From the human T2T-CHM13v2.0 reference genome, Homo sapiens, in NCBI RefSeq assembly GCF_009914755.1, contig NC_060947.1: DNA of 64,000 bases; one strand, given 5' to 3'. This document shows positions 1 through 13,849 of this stretch, piece after piece. The notes beneath the pieces were generated by a model that was given only the letters and a program-made list of their open reading frames with translations, was not told the DNA's origin and did not search any database. The translations under genes were made by a program, and so were the position numbers. The first letter of the stretch is position 1, and the number at the start of each line of letters is the position of its first letter.

Positions 1-32
1 TCACCTCCAACTCTGCTCTTCCCTGGGCCCTT

Positions 33-500
33 TCCCTTGCTTCATCCACATCCCCATAATCCCATTCCTATCCCCACTGCTCCATCCATATCCCCACAAT
101 CTCATTCCTATCACCCCTGCTCCATCCATATACCTACAATTACATTCCTATCCCCTCTGCTCAATCTATATCCTCACAGTCTCATTCATACCCCCCTGCT
201 CCATCCATATCCCCACAATCCCATTCAGTTCCCCCCTGCTCCATGCACATCCCCACAATCTCATTCAGATCCTTCCTGCTCCATCTGTATCCTCAGTCTC
301 ATTCCTATCCGCCCTGCTCCATCCATATCCCCACAATCTCATTCAGATCCCCACTGCCCCATCCATATCCCCACAATCTCATTCATATCCCCCCTGCTCC
401 ATCCATATCCCCACAATCTCATTCAGATCCCCCCTGCTTCATCCATATCCCCGCAATCTCATTCCTATCCCCCTTGCTCCATCCATTTTATCACAGTCTC
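33..500. repeat. Minisatellite, ~40-bp unit (CCCCCTGCTCCATCCATATCCCCACAATCTCATTC(C/A)(T/G)AT), ~11-12 diverged copies
   Basis: CCCCCCTGCT recurs at 191 and 231 and similarly onward with period ~40; strongly C-rich on + strand. Confidence 0.95.
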
Positions 501-2249
501 ACTTTACCACCACTCCCCTTCCCTGGAGCCACACTCACCTCTTGGTGGAGGGAGATGGAGGCTCAGCTTCATGTGCTCTGCCCATCACCACCTCCCCCTC
601 CTCCGCATTCCATGATGGCCTTAAGCCTCAGCCTCCTTAATGCTCATGGCCAGTAGACTGGGAGGGCCCCTCTGCCTCTGACCTTTTAGCTGAGAACTGA
701 GCAGGAGTAAAGGTCCAAGAGACCCACTTTTTGCATCCCTCTGGGGCACCTCTGGCTCCTGGCAGCCACCTCCATCTCACCACAGGCAAAGAGGACCCCA
801 CCACCCACGCAGGAGGCAGCTTCATCAAGCCCCCAAAGCCACAGGGTCCCCCAACACTACCTGGCTCTTACAGCCCCCTATTCCTCCCTACCTCTCCCAA
901 AGTCTATCCTTGGAGGGGATTTGCCCACTCATCTCTCCAAGATTAGAATATAGTTCCCCTTGCTGCTCACCTTTTCTCAAATTCACTCTATAAATGCTAT
1001 TGAATGATTTACCTAGATATGCTGTCATAATTTCTTTCTGAAACCAGGTAGAGTGAAAAGAGGAATAAATGCTACACCTACCCCCATCCTCCTTTTCACT
1101 GGAGTTAGCTTGGAGGTTCAAGATCATTACTTTGAAACCCTGCTGTGTAATTCATCCCCTTTCCTTCCCCCCCATCCTGTCCTCTGTTGTGTAAACCTGA
1201 AACTGTCTAAATTTTTACTTCACCAAAATGATGCAAAAGTGAGACTTTTTATTTCATTTTGTGTCACACTGGCTTTCCTTTATTCAAGAAGTATGTATTT
1301 TCCCTAATTGGAAGACAAAGAAGACTTGGAGTGATTACAGGGTTAAGTGAAAGAAGGCTTTTAAAAAATTTTGTGTTTGATACCCTTCATTTATAATTAT
1401 TGTTTTTCCTTTCCTTTCTCCCTTCATTCTCATTAGTCGCCAAGAGATGAAAATTGCTCTTTTGTCTTGTCAGGAGAAACCAGCCTTTGAATGACCTCCT
1501 TTTGCAATATCTCCCTCCTTCTTGATACTATTTTCCCTTGTTTCCATGACATCCATCTCATGGTTTCCCTCTCCCAGATCTTTTTGATGCCTACTTCTCA
1601 GTGTCTTTTGCCGAATATTCTTTCCCTTCCTGATCCTTCCACAATAGCAATAAAAATTAAAATCACTGCAAGTGCGATTTATTCCAAGCTTATTACATGC
1701 CAGGCACCCAGTGCCAAGCCTTTAAAATGCATTATTAGCTTTTCATAGCAACTCCCTTAAGATAAGCATGACTTTCTATTTCTAACTTGCTATTAATTTA
1801 ATTACTATTAATTGACACATATTTCAGATGATGAAACAGGCTGGGAAGTTAGGAAACGTACTTAGGGTCATGTAATTATTTAGTGGTACAGTCAAGGATA
1901 AGACACTGGACTGACTGATCCCAAAGTCTGTGTTCCTTACTTGAGTTAGCCATCATGTGCACAGCACCCCATGAGGTAGGTGTTACTATTATATAAAGAT
2001 GATACATGAGGAAAGCAAGGTCAACAGACATAATTAGCCAAATATCATAGCAGCAAGTGGCTTGTGCGCCATACACAAGGATGCAGCCTTTAAGGAATAC
2101 TTGTGTGACACAGGCCACCTTTCTTTCACATCCTCTTGTTGCAGCTATCCTTCCTGCTGCCTGGCAACCATCCCCTCCCCCTTCAGAGTTGCATTATCAC
2201 ATTCAGTTCAGGTATCAAGTTTCCAGTCTATGCTTTTGGTGCAAATGGT

Positions 2250-2680
2250 TTTGAATTTGATGTATGCAAGAGGAGACAGCTGCAACAATGAGTGGAGGAG
2301 AGATAAATTGTTCAATTCATGGTGCTGGGGGGAACTTCATTACCTGATTGGAAAAAAGGTCAGTTTCCTTTCTCCCATGACACTAAATATGAATCCCAGA
2401 TACATTTGAGCAGTAAATGTAGATTTTATGCAATTATGTATTAATTCTTCTTTAATCGTATATTTTGTTATAAAATGAATAAAAAGAATCAAATGTTCAA
2501 AAGCAACCCCTTTTAAAGCTGCAACACAATACATGTTAAACCTCTGGGTTGGAGAGAACTTTCTATGGTTAAGAGTAATGAAAGAAAGTATAAAAGAAAA
2601 GACTGATAACTCAGAAGACAGCATTAACAGAAATAAAATACCAACAGTAAGCTGAGAAACATTGGCAACAAATATCATGG
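2250..2680 (+). mobile_element. Old L1M fragment (3' ORF2 region)
   Basis: AAATTGTTCAATTCATGGTGCTGG resembles L1 LFNKWCW coding region; A-rich; boundaries approximate. Confidence 0.6.
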
Positions 2681-2904
2681 AAAGGGGGCAGGGCTGGCAA
2701 CAAATAAGAGAAGCAATAATAACAGCAAATCTGTATTGTGTTTAGATAGTTAACATTTATTAAGGTCTTACAAAGTGCCAGGCATATTCTACAAGCTCTA
2801 CATGGCTTTATACTTCATTTCATTCTTACAACAAGCCCTGAGATAGATCTTATCTTAAAATTTCCACATTCTAAAACACTCTTTAAGCGGGGGGCGGGGG
2901 GAGC

Positions 2905-4410
2905 AGAGGAAAGTGCATAAAATATAAATTTACAGCTTAACAAATTATTATAAAGCAAATCACCATAAAGATCAAGAAACAGAACAGATCAGAACTCCAG
3001 AAATTCCCATAAGTCCTTGCCCAATCACAACCTCTTTCCTCTCTCCAAAACAAAACAAAACACTCTCATGACAGTTTTAGCTGTTGCTTTCTTACTTTCC
3101 TTTATAGCTTTACCACTCAAATATAGATGCCCAAACACTACTGTTTCTGGAGCTTTATATAAATAGAACTATAATGCATATATCCTTCTATATCCAGCTC
3201 ATTGCCCTTACAATTATGCTTCTGAGATTCAACCTGGTTGCATGCGGCATCAGTTCATCATTCTCAGTATTGTGTTACAGCTTTCCATTCTACGACTTTA
3301 CAAGAAATTATCCTTTTACTGTCGGTGGACATTTGGACTGTTTCCAGTTGGGGACAATTATGAAAAATGTTGCTAAGAACATGTTTTTAATGTCTCCTGG
3401 TACATATGTGCACACACAAGGTATATATGTAGGAGAGGAATTGCTGGCTCATAGATTGTGTATATTTTCAACTTCACTAGATACCACCAAACTGTATATC
3501 AAAGTTGTACCAATTCCCACTTCCACCATCAATGTTTGAGAGTTCCTGTTGCTCCACATCCTCACAAACACTTGACATTGTCAACAAAGCTTCATAACTT
3601 TTGCTTGAGGTTTTGTACGTCTATTATTACATTTAGTTCAAGGTAATTGTGTATACTACTATAAATTAAATATTGGTTTAAATTTCATTTTCTAAGGGCT
3701 TGTTGATGGTATATAGAAATATAACTGGTCTTTTGATGTTGATATTGTACACTGACTTTGCTAATCTCTTAATAATTTTAATCTGTAGCTTCCTTAGAAT
3801 TTTCTGCATACACAAGCATGTCATCTGTGAATGATGGTAGTTTTATTTCTTCTTTCCCAATCCATATACATTTCTTTTTCTTACCTTACTGCATCGACTG
3901 GGACCTAGAGTACAACTAGTGAGAAGAGACATTCTTGTCCTATTCCTGAACTCAAGGGACCACTTTGAGCAATTCAACATTAAGTGGATGCTTGCTGCAG
4001 GTTTTTAGTAAATACCACTTATCAGTTTAAAAATGTTTCCTTCCATTCCTAATTTACCATAAGTTTTTAAAATAATCAATGGATGCTGAATTTTATGAAA
4101 TGCTTTTTCTGTATCTATTATATATGCTTTTTTCTCATTTATTAGTTAAAATGCTAAATTACATTATTTGGGTTTCTAATAATAAACCAACCAGGCATTC
4201 CTGAAATAAACAAGATTTGGTCCTGATTTATTACAATTGTTATATATTGCTGGATTCAATTTGCTAATATTTTGTTTAGGATTTTTAGATCTATGTCTGT
4301 AAGAGAGATTCACCTGTAATTTTCCTTTCTGTATAATGTCTTTGTGAGATTTTGGTATCAAAGGTTTGCTGGCCTCCTAAAACTAGTTGAGGAATACAAT
4401 TCTTCTTTGG
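2905..4410 (-). mobile_element. Old L1M (L1MC/ME-type) 3' end and ORF2 fragments
   Basis: Typical antisense L1 phrases (GGACATTTGGACTGTTTCCAGTT, TCCCACTTCCACCATCAATG, TTGCTGGATTCAATTTGCTAATATTTTGTT). Confidence 0.8.
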
Positions 4411-5076
4411 CTTTCTTCATTTAAAAACCAGGCAACTGAGGTCCAAGGTGTTTAGATTATTTTTCATAACTGCATTAAATCCAATTATTTACTTGTATCC
4501 ATGATTTATTAAACCAGCCTCTTTAGAGCCATTCATTACCTTGTTTCCTTGTTTCACTGTTATAAACCCACTGAGAAAAGCATCCTTATTCACATACAGG
4601 TTTGCACATGTGAACGATTATTTCCTGAGGATACATTCCTAGAGGTGACGTTACTGGAACAAGCACTATGTTTCACAGGAACCAGAGCAGAAAGAGAGGT
4701 GGCCTGTGGCACATCCTACTTTAGTAGCTCTGGCTCACATTCAGGGCCCTTCCTCATCTCTTAAACTTGCTGGGAATACCCTTTAACTCTGAGCTACTAG
4801 AGACTTTAATACTTAATAATATTTAAAGGTCAACTCAGCTCTAAGAAACTCCCCAAATTAAGTTTTCAAATGATTTGGCAGGAGGAGCGGGTTGTTTTTA
4901 ACATTTTCAATGGAACTTTCCAAACCCACATGAAATTATAGAAAATGAATGATGAATCCCCATGTACTCATCATTCAGCTTCAAGAATTATCAATATGTT
5001 GCATAATTTGTCTCATCCCCCACATTTTGATGAAGTATTTTAAAGCAATTACTAGACATCACATCAAATGGTATGA

Positions 5077-5079
<3 letters not shown>

Positions 5080-5134
<55 letters not shown>
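5080..5134. repeat. (TA)n microsatellite
   Basis: Uninterrupted AT dinucleotide run of ~55 bp. Confidence 0.97.
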
Positions 5135-5135
<1 letters not shown>

Positions 5136-5138
<3 letters not shown>

Positions 5139-5270
5139 CATAGATATTTGGTAGAGATGGCAATCGCACTCTGTTGCCCAGGCTGGTCTCAAATTCCTGG
5201 CCTCAAGTGATCCTCCCGCCTTAGTCTCCCAAAGTGCTGGGATTACAGGTGTGAACCATCATCCCTGGCC
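5136..5270 (-). mobile_element. Alu left monomer (FLAM/AluJ-type)
   Basis: CTCAAGTGATCCTCCCGCCTT...CAAAGTGCTGGGATTACAGG; one monomer only. Confidence 0.85.
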
Positions 5271-5490
5271 TGATTCTTCTGTATTCTACCCATAGTTCTA
5301 TCCCCCCTTTTTGTTCCAAAATTTTCATTGTGGTAAAAGTTACAAAAAATTCACCATTTTGACCATTTTAAAGTGTACAATTCAGTGGCATTTAGTACGC
5401 ATTCCAAATATTTTTTATTTGTATATGTCTTTATTCTGAGTCCATTTTTCCAGAGGTTTATTAGTTTTTTGTACATATTTAGATGTCTGA

Positions 5491-5570
5491 TTTCTTTTTT
5501 TTGTTTTTTTTTTTTGTTTTTTTTTTGAGACAGAGTCTCGCTCTGTTGCCCAGGCTAGAGTGCAGTGGTG
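5491..5570 (-). mobile_element. Severely 5'-truncated Alu (tail plus ~45 bp)
   Basis: T-tract + GAGACAGAGTCTCGCTCTGTTGCCCAGGCTAGAGTGCAGTGG; TGATTTCTT repeated at 5488 and 5571 (candidate TSD). Confidence 0.85.
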
Positions 5571-6739
5571 TGATTTCTTCTCAGCAGGTGCAGACACTTC
5601 TCTGAAGACCAACAGCAGAACTGAGTCTCAGGATGGGTAAAGGCTTCTGTAAACCTCCAGATCCACAGCCCCAACTACTTTCCCTTCACCCTGGCTGAAT
5701 ACCACATCTTGAGGCAATCAATTACTAAAAGGCTGCTCACACTCTCTTTTTCCGTAATGAGACTACTTCAGCCCCCTTTTATTTGGCTACTCTAAATTCT
5801 CCTTTTATAGGGATACAACAGCCCTCAATGACTTCTTGAGGAAAAAGAAGATAATCACAAATTCAGTTTCAACAAGCAGGACATTTTGCTATACTGTACC
5901 AACTAAGCCATGTTCCTCAATCCAGCTTTTGGGAGTCTGAGAAGAAATACCTCTCAGAGCAGGGAGTCAAGGAGATATATTTTTATTCCAATCTGAATAC
6001 TGTACTTTGTATAAAGGTGGCTGATCAGGTTGCCTGTGGAGAGGTTGGGTGGTTGGACAAGAAGAGGGATGTGATTTGGGCATTCCTGAACCTTTGGCTC
6101 CTTATCCTCAAAGGAGGAAAGGAACTTGGGCAAAGTAGTTAACTTCTCTGCTTCAGCTTCCTCACCAGTAAAACGGAGACAATAACAGGAAGTCCCTCAC
6201 AGGGTTGTGGTAAGAATTAAATGAATGAACACTTGAGAAGTCTTTAAAAGAGTGCCTGGTGCACTGTAACTACTGTGCCATAGAATGCCATCATAACGAC
6301 ACCAATCGCTTCGCTCCAAACTCTCTGAGCACCCTTGTAGATGGATTACCTAAACCGTCCCTCCCAGACTCTTCACAGAGAATTTCATTAAAGTCAGTAG
6401 ACTTCAGCTACTCTCTCTCATGTGCAGGGGAAAACAATATAATCCCTTTATGAGCTAACCAAATAAATTCTCTCAGGAACTGCCCTTGCATGAAGAACAT
6501 ACCTCCAGGGATGCTTGCTTAGTTGGGGAGGTGAGTGAGGCTCTCTGGACCTAGCTGAGATGGCCTGGACCTAAAGGAAGAGAGTAGCTCAAATTCCCCA
6601 CAGAATAACTCAGAAACTTTGAAGGATGGGAGCTGGTAAGCCAAAGAGGTGAGGGAGCTCTAGGGTCAGGCAGGAAGCTCAATGGAAGAGAAATTTGAGA
6701 GAAATTGTTCTAATATTCTTCTGTGTAGTTTGCTGATTT

Positions 6740-7635
6740 GTTTATTTTTTTTTTTTACTTTTTTTCCCTTTTTTTAAAATTATACTTTAAGTTCTGGGAT
6801 ACATGTGCAGAACGTGCAGGTTACATAGGTATACACGTGCCATGGTGGTTTGCTGCATCCATCGACCTGTCATCTACATTAGGTATTTCTGCTAATGCTA
6901 TCCCTCCTCTAGCCCCCTACCCCTCAACAGGCCCCGTTGTGTGATGTTCCCCTCCCTGTGTCCATGTGTTCTCATTGTTCAATTCCCACTTATAAGTGAG
7001 AATATGTGGTGTTTGGTTTTCTGTTCCTGTGTTAGTTTGCTGATAACAATGGTTTCCAGCTTCATCCATGTCCCTGCAAAGGACATGAACTCATCTTTTT
7101 TTATATATTTATAGTATTCCATGGTGTATATGTGCCACATTTTCTTTATCCAGTCTATCACTGATGAGCATTTGGGTCAGTTCCAAGTCTTTGCTATTGT
7201 GAATAGTGCTGCAATAAACATACATGTGCATGTGTCTTTATAGCAGAATGATGTATAATCCTTTGGGTATATACACAGTAATGGGATTGCTAGGTCAAAT
7301 GGTATTTCTGATTCTAGATCCTTGAGGAATCGCCACACTGTCTTCCACAATGGCTGCACTAATTTACACTCCCACCAACAGTGTAAAAGCGTTCCTATTT
7401 CTCCACAGCCTCGCCAGCATGTGTTGTTTCCTGACTTTTTAATGATTGCCATTCTAACTGGCATGAGATGGTATCTCATTGTGGTTTTGATTTGCATTTC
7501 TCTAATGACCAGTGATGATGAGATTTTTTTCATATGTTTTTTGGCCGCATAAATGTCTTCTTTTGAGAAGTGTCTGTTCGTATCTTTTGCCCACTTTTTG
7601 ATGGGGCTGTTTTTCTCTTGTAAATTGGTTAATGT
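6740..7635 (-). mobile_element. L1PA7-like 3' fragment (end of ORF2 and 3'UTR)
   Basis: TTATACTTTAAGTTCTGGGATACATGTGCAG; minus-strand ORFs give [16 protein letters not shown]...[26 protein letters not shown]. Confidence 0.93.
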
Positions 7636-7665
7636 TTTACTGGTTAGCCTTTCAAAACAATTTCT

Positions 7666-7972
<307 letters not shown>

Positions 7973-8019
7973 TTAAAAATGTATTGTAACATTGTTTAGT
8001 GTAGCACACGCTCAACTAA

Positions 8020-8373
<354 letters not shown>

Positions 8374-9222
8374 TAAGTAGAAATGAAAGTTCCCCAGCTT
8401 CCCACAGTCTGGTCTGGGGTGTGTTCTTCGGCTTTTACACAAACACAAACATATCTATTCTTGTTCTTTTTCTATAAAAGTTGGGTCATAGCAGGTACGT
8501 GGTTCTGATACTCTCTTTCATATTGTCTGCTGTGCTAAAATAAACCCTCTCCACTGTCCCAAACCTTCAGCAACATCCTGCTACTTGCCTTGTGCTGTTT
8601 ATGCTCTTTGGACCAGCTGCTTGAGAGTTTTCTGTCAGTGAAAGGAAGAAATTATAGTTTCACCTCACTACAATCATATCGTAATAACAGCTACTGCTTA
8701 TGGTACCCCTACTGTGTCTGGCAGTCTCTTTGGTGCTTTACTTGAATTCTCATACCCATTCCTCACAACAACCCCTTGGAAGTCAGTCCCACTATTATCC
8801 TATGTGGGTTCACAGATGAAAACTCAAGGCCCAAAAGGTAATGAGTGGGAAGTTAAGGAGAAAAGCACATATACTGGAGGCAGGACTTGGGCATTCAGCA
8901 TCTCCTTAAATCTTTACAATGACCTTAAGAGGGAGCTGTCACCACAAATGAGGACACTGAGGCTGCAGAGTTCACAGAGCAAGCAGCATTCCTGTTCTCT
9001 GCCAGGATGAAGCCACTGAGAGTTCGTAAGTACATCCATCCCTTTCCGTAAAACTTGATGAAAGAAAGCTAGCAAAGATCTGAAAACATGGAGATACACG
9101 CAGTGCTCAGTGACTGCAAAACTCAATATAATAAAGATGTCAATTTTCCCCACAGTTATCTATGGATTTAACATAATTACTATCAAAATCCCAGAGGGAT
9201 TTTTCATAGATACACACAAGCT

Positions 9223-9490
9223 GGCCCAGCATGGTGGCTCATGCCTGTAATCCCAGCACTTTGGGAGGTTGAGGCGAGAGGATCACTTGAGGCCAGGAGT
9301 TTGAGACCAGCCTAGGTAACATTACAAGACCCAGTCTCTATACAAAAAAATTAAAAATTAGCCAGGTATGGTGGCACATGCCTGCAGTCTTAGCTACTTG
9401 GGAGGCTGAGGTGGGAGGATCGTTTTAGCCCAGGAGTTCGAGGCTGCAGTGAGCTACGATCACATCACTGCACTCCAGTCTGGGCAAAAG
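9223..9490 (+). mobile_element. AluJ
   Basis: Alu consensus match; tail missing. Confidence 0.9.
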
Positions 9491-9569
9491 CACTTGTTAG
9501 GAGGAGATAGAAAAGGAAAAGAAACTCTCAAAATTCAACAGTAAAAAAGACATAAATATTCCATTAGAA

Positions 9570-9866
9570 GGCCTGGCACAGTGGCTCACACCTGTATTCC
9601 CAGCACTTTGGGAGGCTAAGGTGAGAGCATCACTTGAGGCCAGGGGTTTGAGATAAGCCTGGGCAACATAGTGAGACCCCATCTCTAAAAAAAATTAAAA
9701 CATTAGTCAGGTATGGTGGTGCACATCTGTGGTCCTGGGTACTCAGGAGGCTGAGGCAGGAGGATTACTTGAGTCCACATCAAAGCTTCAGTGAGACATG
9801 ATTGTGCCACTGCACTCCAATCTGGGTGACAGAGTGAGACCCTGTCTCCAAAAAAAAAGTAAAAAA
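9570..9866 (+). mobile_element. AluJ
   Basis: Alu consensus match with A-tail; ATTCCATTAGAA on both sides (candidate TSD). Confidence 0.9.
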
Positions 9867-10873
9867 TAGATTCCATTAGAAAATGAGCATGAACATGAAT
9901 AGAATTTCACCAAAAAGAATACGCAGATGGCAAAGAACATGAAAAACATGTTCAACATCATTAGTCACTAAGGAAATGCAAATTAAAACCACAATAAGCT
10001 AAGCTATCATTGTACACCTATAAGAATGGCTAAAATAAAAAACAGTAATACCAAATGTTCACAAGGACGTAGAAAAAATGGATCTCTCATACAATGATGT
10101 TAGGAATATAAAATGGTAAGGCTCTGGAAATCATTCTGGCAATTTCCTATGAGACTAAACATGTACTTATCATATGACCCTGCAAGTGCATTCCTGGGCA
10201 TTTATCCCAGAGAAATGAAAACTTATAGTCACACAAAAACCTGCATGCTGATGTTCACAGCAACTTTATCTGTAATTGCAAAACGAGGAAACAACCCAAA
10301 TGTCCTTCAACTAGTAATTGGATAAAGAAATTCTGGTCTATCCACCCAAGGGAATACTACTCAGTTGGAACAAATTACTGATACACACAACAACCCAGAT
10401 ATGACTCAAAAGGATTACATTTGGTGAAGAACGTCAATCCCAAAAGACTACATTGTATAGGACTCTATTTATGTAACATTCTCGAAATTAGAAAATTTTA
10501 GAGATACAGAACAGATTAATCATTGCCAGGGAGCAAGGATGGGGCAGGGTGGGTATGATTATGAAGGGGAAGCACAAGGGAGGTCCTATTGAACAGTTTT
10601 ATATCATGACTGTGGTGGTTGTTAAACAAATCTATACATGGGATAAGACCACACAGAAAAACACACACACATAAAAATGCATGTAAAATGGTGGAAATTA
10701 GGTCTATATTCTAGTTAACAATCTTGTAATAATTTCCTGGATTTGATATTGTACTATAATAACGTAAGGTGCCACCGTTAGAGGAAGCGTGGTTTCAGGT
10801 ACATGGGACTCTGTACTTTTGCAACTTCCTTGTGAGTCTATAATTACCTTAAAATAATTTTTAAAAATAACTA

Positions 10874-11242
<369 letters not shown>

Positions 11243-11439
11243 CTAGACTTGTTTTTCCTGTGTTAGCTGTCTTCCGTGCACAGCTGGGGTAGTTTAAAAA
11301 TTCCTCCTCCTTTTGACAAGTTTTACAAATAGTGCTAAAAAGAAGTGTATCAGTGCTTCTTTGTAAAAAGCATTATTATGTTTTCTAAAGTGACAGTTAT
11401 TTTAATAATATATTTACAAATAAAAATTATATACAGATG

Positions 11440-11862
11440 GTGAAAATATTAGTACTTTTAGACCCTAAAGAGCTTTTGCTAATGTAGGTTACAGATCTAT
11501 CAATATTTATTATATTAGAAATCAAAACTGAAAAATTTTAAAATTTGTATTAATGTATTTAAAATAAATCCACTGATTATCGTAAATAAAATTTTATTAA
11601 AATAATTGCATTTTCAGAAACAAAGAATTTAGGAATGTTTTACGTTTCTGAAAATCTCTTAAATGTCTGCCTCAGTACAAGACAGCTAGATTCCCATATT
11701 TGCTTCTGCATTTAATGTTGTAACATGCTGTTTTGGATAAAGTATATGAAGACAAATCCAACCTCATGGAGATATGTAGTTGGAAAAAGGATTTCCCAGT
11801 CACCTGAAAGGGTCTGTCTCAGGTGTCTCCAGGACTCCTCACACTACACTTTAAGAACCAAT
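11440..11862 (+). mobile_element. hAT-Charlie DNA transposon fragment (Charlie1-like)
   Basis: AAAGAGCTTTTGCTAATGTAGGTTA...GACAGCTAGATTCCCATATTTGCTTCTGCA...GATATGTAGTTGGAAAAGG match remembered Charlie1 consensus; ends ACACTTTAAGAACCA. Confidence 0.7.
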
Positions 11863-11937
11863 ATGTTAGAGAGACATAATGAAACATTTTCAGATAAAAT
11901 GTTAAGATGTCAGCAATTTGCACTAAAGTACTCCAAA

Positions 11938-11996
11938 ACACACACACACATAAACAGACACAGACACACACACGTACACACACACACACACACACC
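11938..11996. repeat. Imperfect (CA)n
   Basis: Direct reading. Confidence 0.9.
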
Positions 11997-12006
11997 CATG
12001 TATGTA

Positions 12007-12986
12007 TAGTTGATTCATTATTTGTGGTAGTTATATTCTATAAAGTCACCTCAAGCAATGAATTACCAAATACCAAGCCACTGCTCCTAGTGGAAATACA
12101 GGTTTAGATTCCTGGGAGCCTCTGGTTGCATTCCTTAAAATGATCAATACACAACCTTGTTTTATGTATGCTTCTGTCTAAAGACACCTTCTTTAATATA
12201 TATTTCTTAAAATAATAAATTATATGCAGTATTTTATAGTAAAACATTAGCCAAGAAGGGTTTAACATTTTCCTGATCCTGGGTTAACATAACCATAAAT
12301 TTCTTTGGTTTTCAAAAGCCTCACAACCATGCTGTCCACTATGCTTTTTCTAATCAGTAGTTATGAATCCACAAATTTTGCTGCTTTTCCATTTATTCCA
12401 TACCTTCATCACACACTAAAGATGTTATTTTAGCACCATACAGAGCGTCTTCACATATAGACTGGCAAGCCTTTCCTATTCCTTTTTCTGGATGTACTGT
12501 GTTGCTGATTTATTAACATTGAACTCACAGCAGACAGCGTTATAACTCATGCCTGATGGAAGCCTATCTAACACATGTATTTTCCTCTACAGGGCACATC
12601 ACTGCCTTCTGGCTCTTAGAAACACTAGGCAGTACTTCAGCACTATGATTGGGGGACATTTTAAACAGCAAAATCACCAAAAAAGCCACAAAAATATGGC
12701 ACTAGATCGACTACGAAAAGAACACTTGCTTACAGTATGAGAGCAGAAACAAGAACATTGCCTTTTCTAACCTCAGCTGGGAACACTGAGTGCCTGACAA
12801 CTAAATTGTTTTGCCACTCTGTGCAGGTCTATGAATGACTATTGAAAGCACTGCAAGTATCGATTTGGGGTTATAGATAAGTCTGAAGTAAGTGAACTTG
12901 CAAATATGAAATCTGTGAATAATAATAATAAACTTTTTATATATGTATATATATATAACTACATTTATATATATAAGAATCAACTA
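12007..12986 (-). mobile_element. MER82/Tigger17-type Tc1-mariner (pogo) element with extra transposase remnant
   Basis: Both ends match remembered MER82 consensus; TIR-like TAGTTGATTC / GAATCAACTA; internal ~12205-12500 decodes as decayed pogo HTH. Confidence 0.75.
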
Positions 12987-13054
12987 TATATATAAATATA
13001 TATGTAGTTTTATTTATATATATAAAACTACAAACACATATATATCCACACAAA

Positions 13055-13057
<3 letters not shown>

Positions 13058-13092
<35 letters not shown>
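13058..13092. repeat. (TG)n microsatellite
   Basis: Direct reading. Confidence 0.95.
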
Positions 13093-13093
<1 letters not shown>

Positions 13094-13849
13094 CATTCAA
13101 ATGATGAGCAGACACTGTAATTGTTGAAGCTGGATGATAAGTATATGGGGATTCATTTTACTAGTCTAACTTTGTGTATGTTTGTGATTTTCCATAAGAC
13201 AAAGTTTTGTAAAGTAGTTTATCTTGGACTGCATTGCATTTCCACTTTCTTTAATTCCTTATCAGCACGCGGAAGTCTGCAGCTGTCAAAGGTGAAGTTC
13301 AAGTGACATTTTGGTACAAACTGCCATCCACCACCAATCCAACTGACCATACATCCTTCTGGGGAGTACTAATCCAGTACGCACTCCCTGCTATAACAGG
13401 GACAGTGACAGGCAGAATTGTAACATCAACAGCTCTTTCTCTTGGAGAGAACCTCTGGGTCAGAGGTAATGGAACCCTGTATTATTTTGAGAGCCCATTG
13501 AGCCCAGACAAGCTGACTCTGTGGAAGTGTGGTTTTAATGTGTATGTATGGCTTTAGCAGAAGGTAACTTGGATTCTGGTCCGAGGGTGTGGATTCCAAT
13601 CACTTAACTCCAGCCTGGGTTGAGTCAGCAATCCAGAGAAAGGGCTTCAGTCAAACAATTCTTAGGAGATCCAGTACTGTCCAACTAACCTTCATATATT
13701 CTCTCGACTCTAGTACATGGATATGCTTGACATTTTTAAAGAACAGGAGGTGGGCAGACACTTCCTGTTTTACAAGGCGAAGCATCCCACTATCCTTGTA
13801 AGCAAGATCAGTCTGTCCAGCAGAATTTTGCATCTCATCCCTTCCCTTA

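Larger units (their letters stand above)
9040..10862 (+). mobile_element. Old L1M (L1MC/MD-type) 3' portion interrupted by two AluJ
   Basis: GGAAATGCAAATTAAAACCACAAT, TTTATCCCAGAGAAATGAAAACTTAT, old-L1 3'UTR ending near 10860. Confidence 0.85.

Noticed and set aside
33-500. CRISPR-like appearance of the periodic array
   Set aside because: Contiguous tandem units with no unique spacers, in primate DNA with no cas genes
37-656. 192-aa and 137-aa Pro/His/Ser-rich ORFs
   Set aside because: Produced by the C-rich 40-bp minisatellite, which is stop-poor; the unit length is not a multiple of 3
13230-13500. Cys/Trp-rich minus-strand translation (CHCPCYSRECVLD*...WIGGGWQFVPKC)
   Set aside because: Contains a stop, resembles no protein I can name, and has no clear exon boundaries
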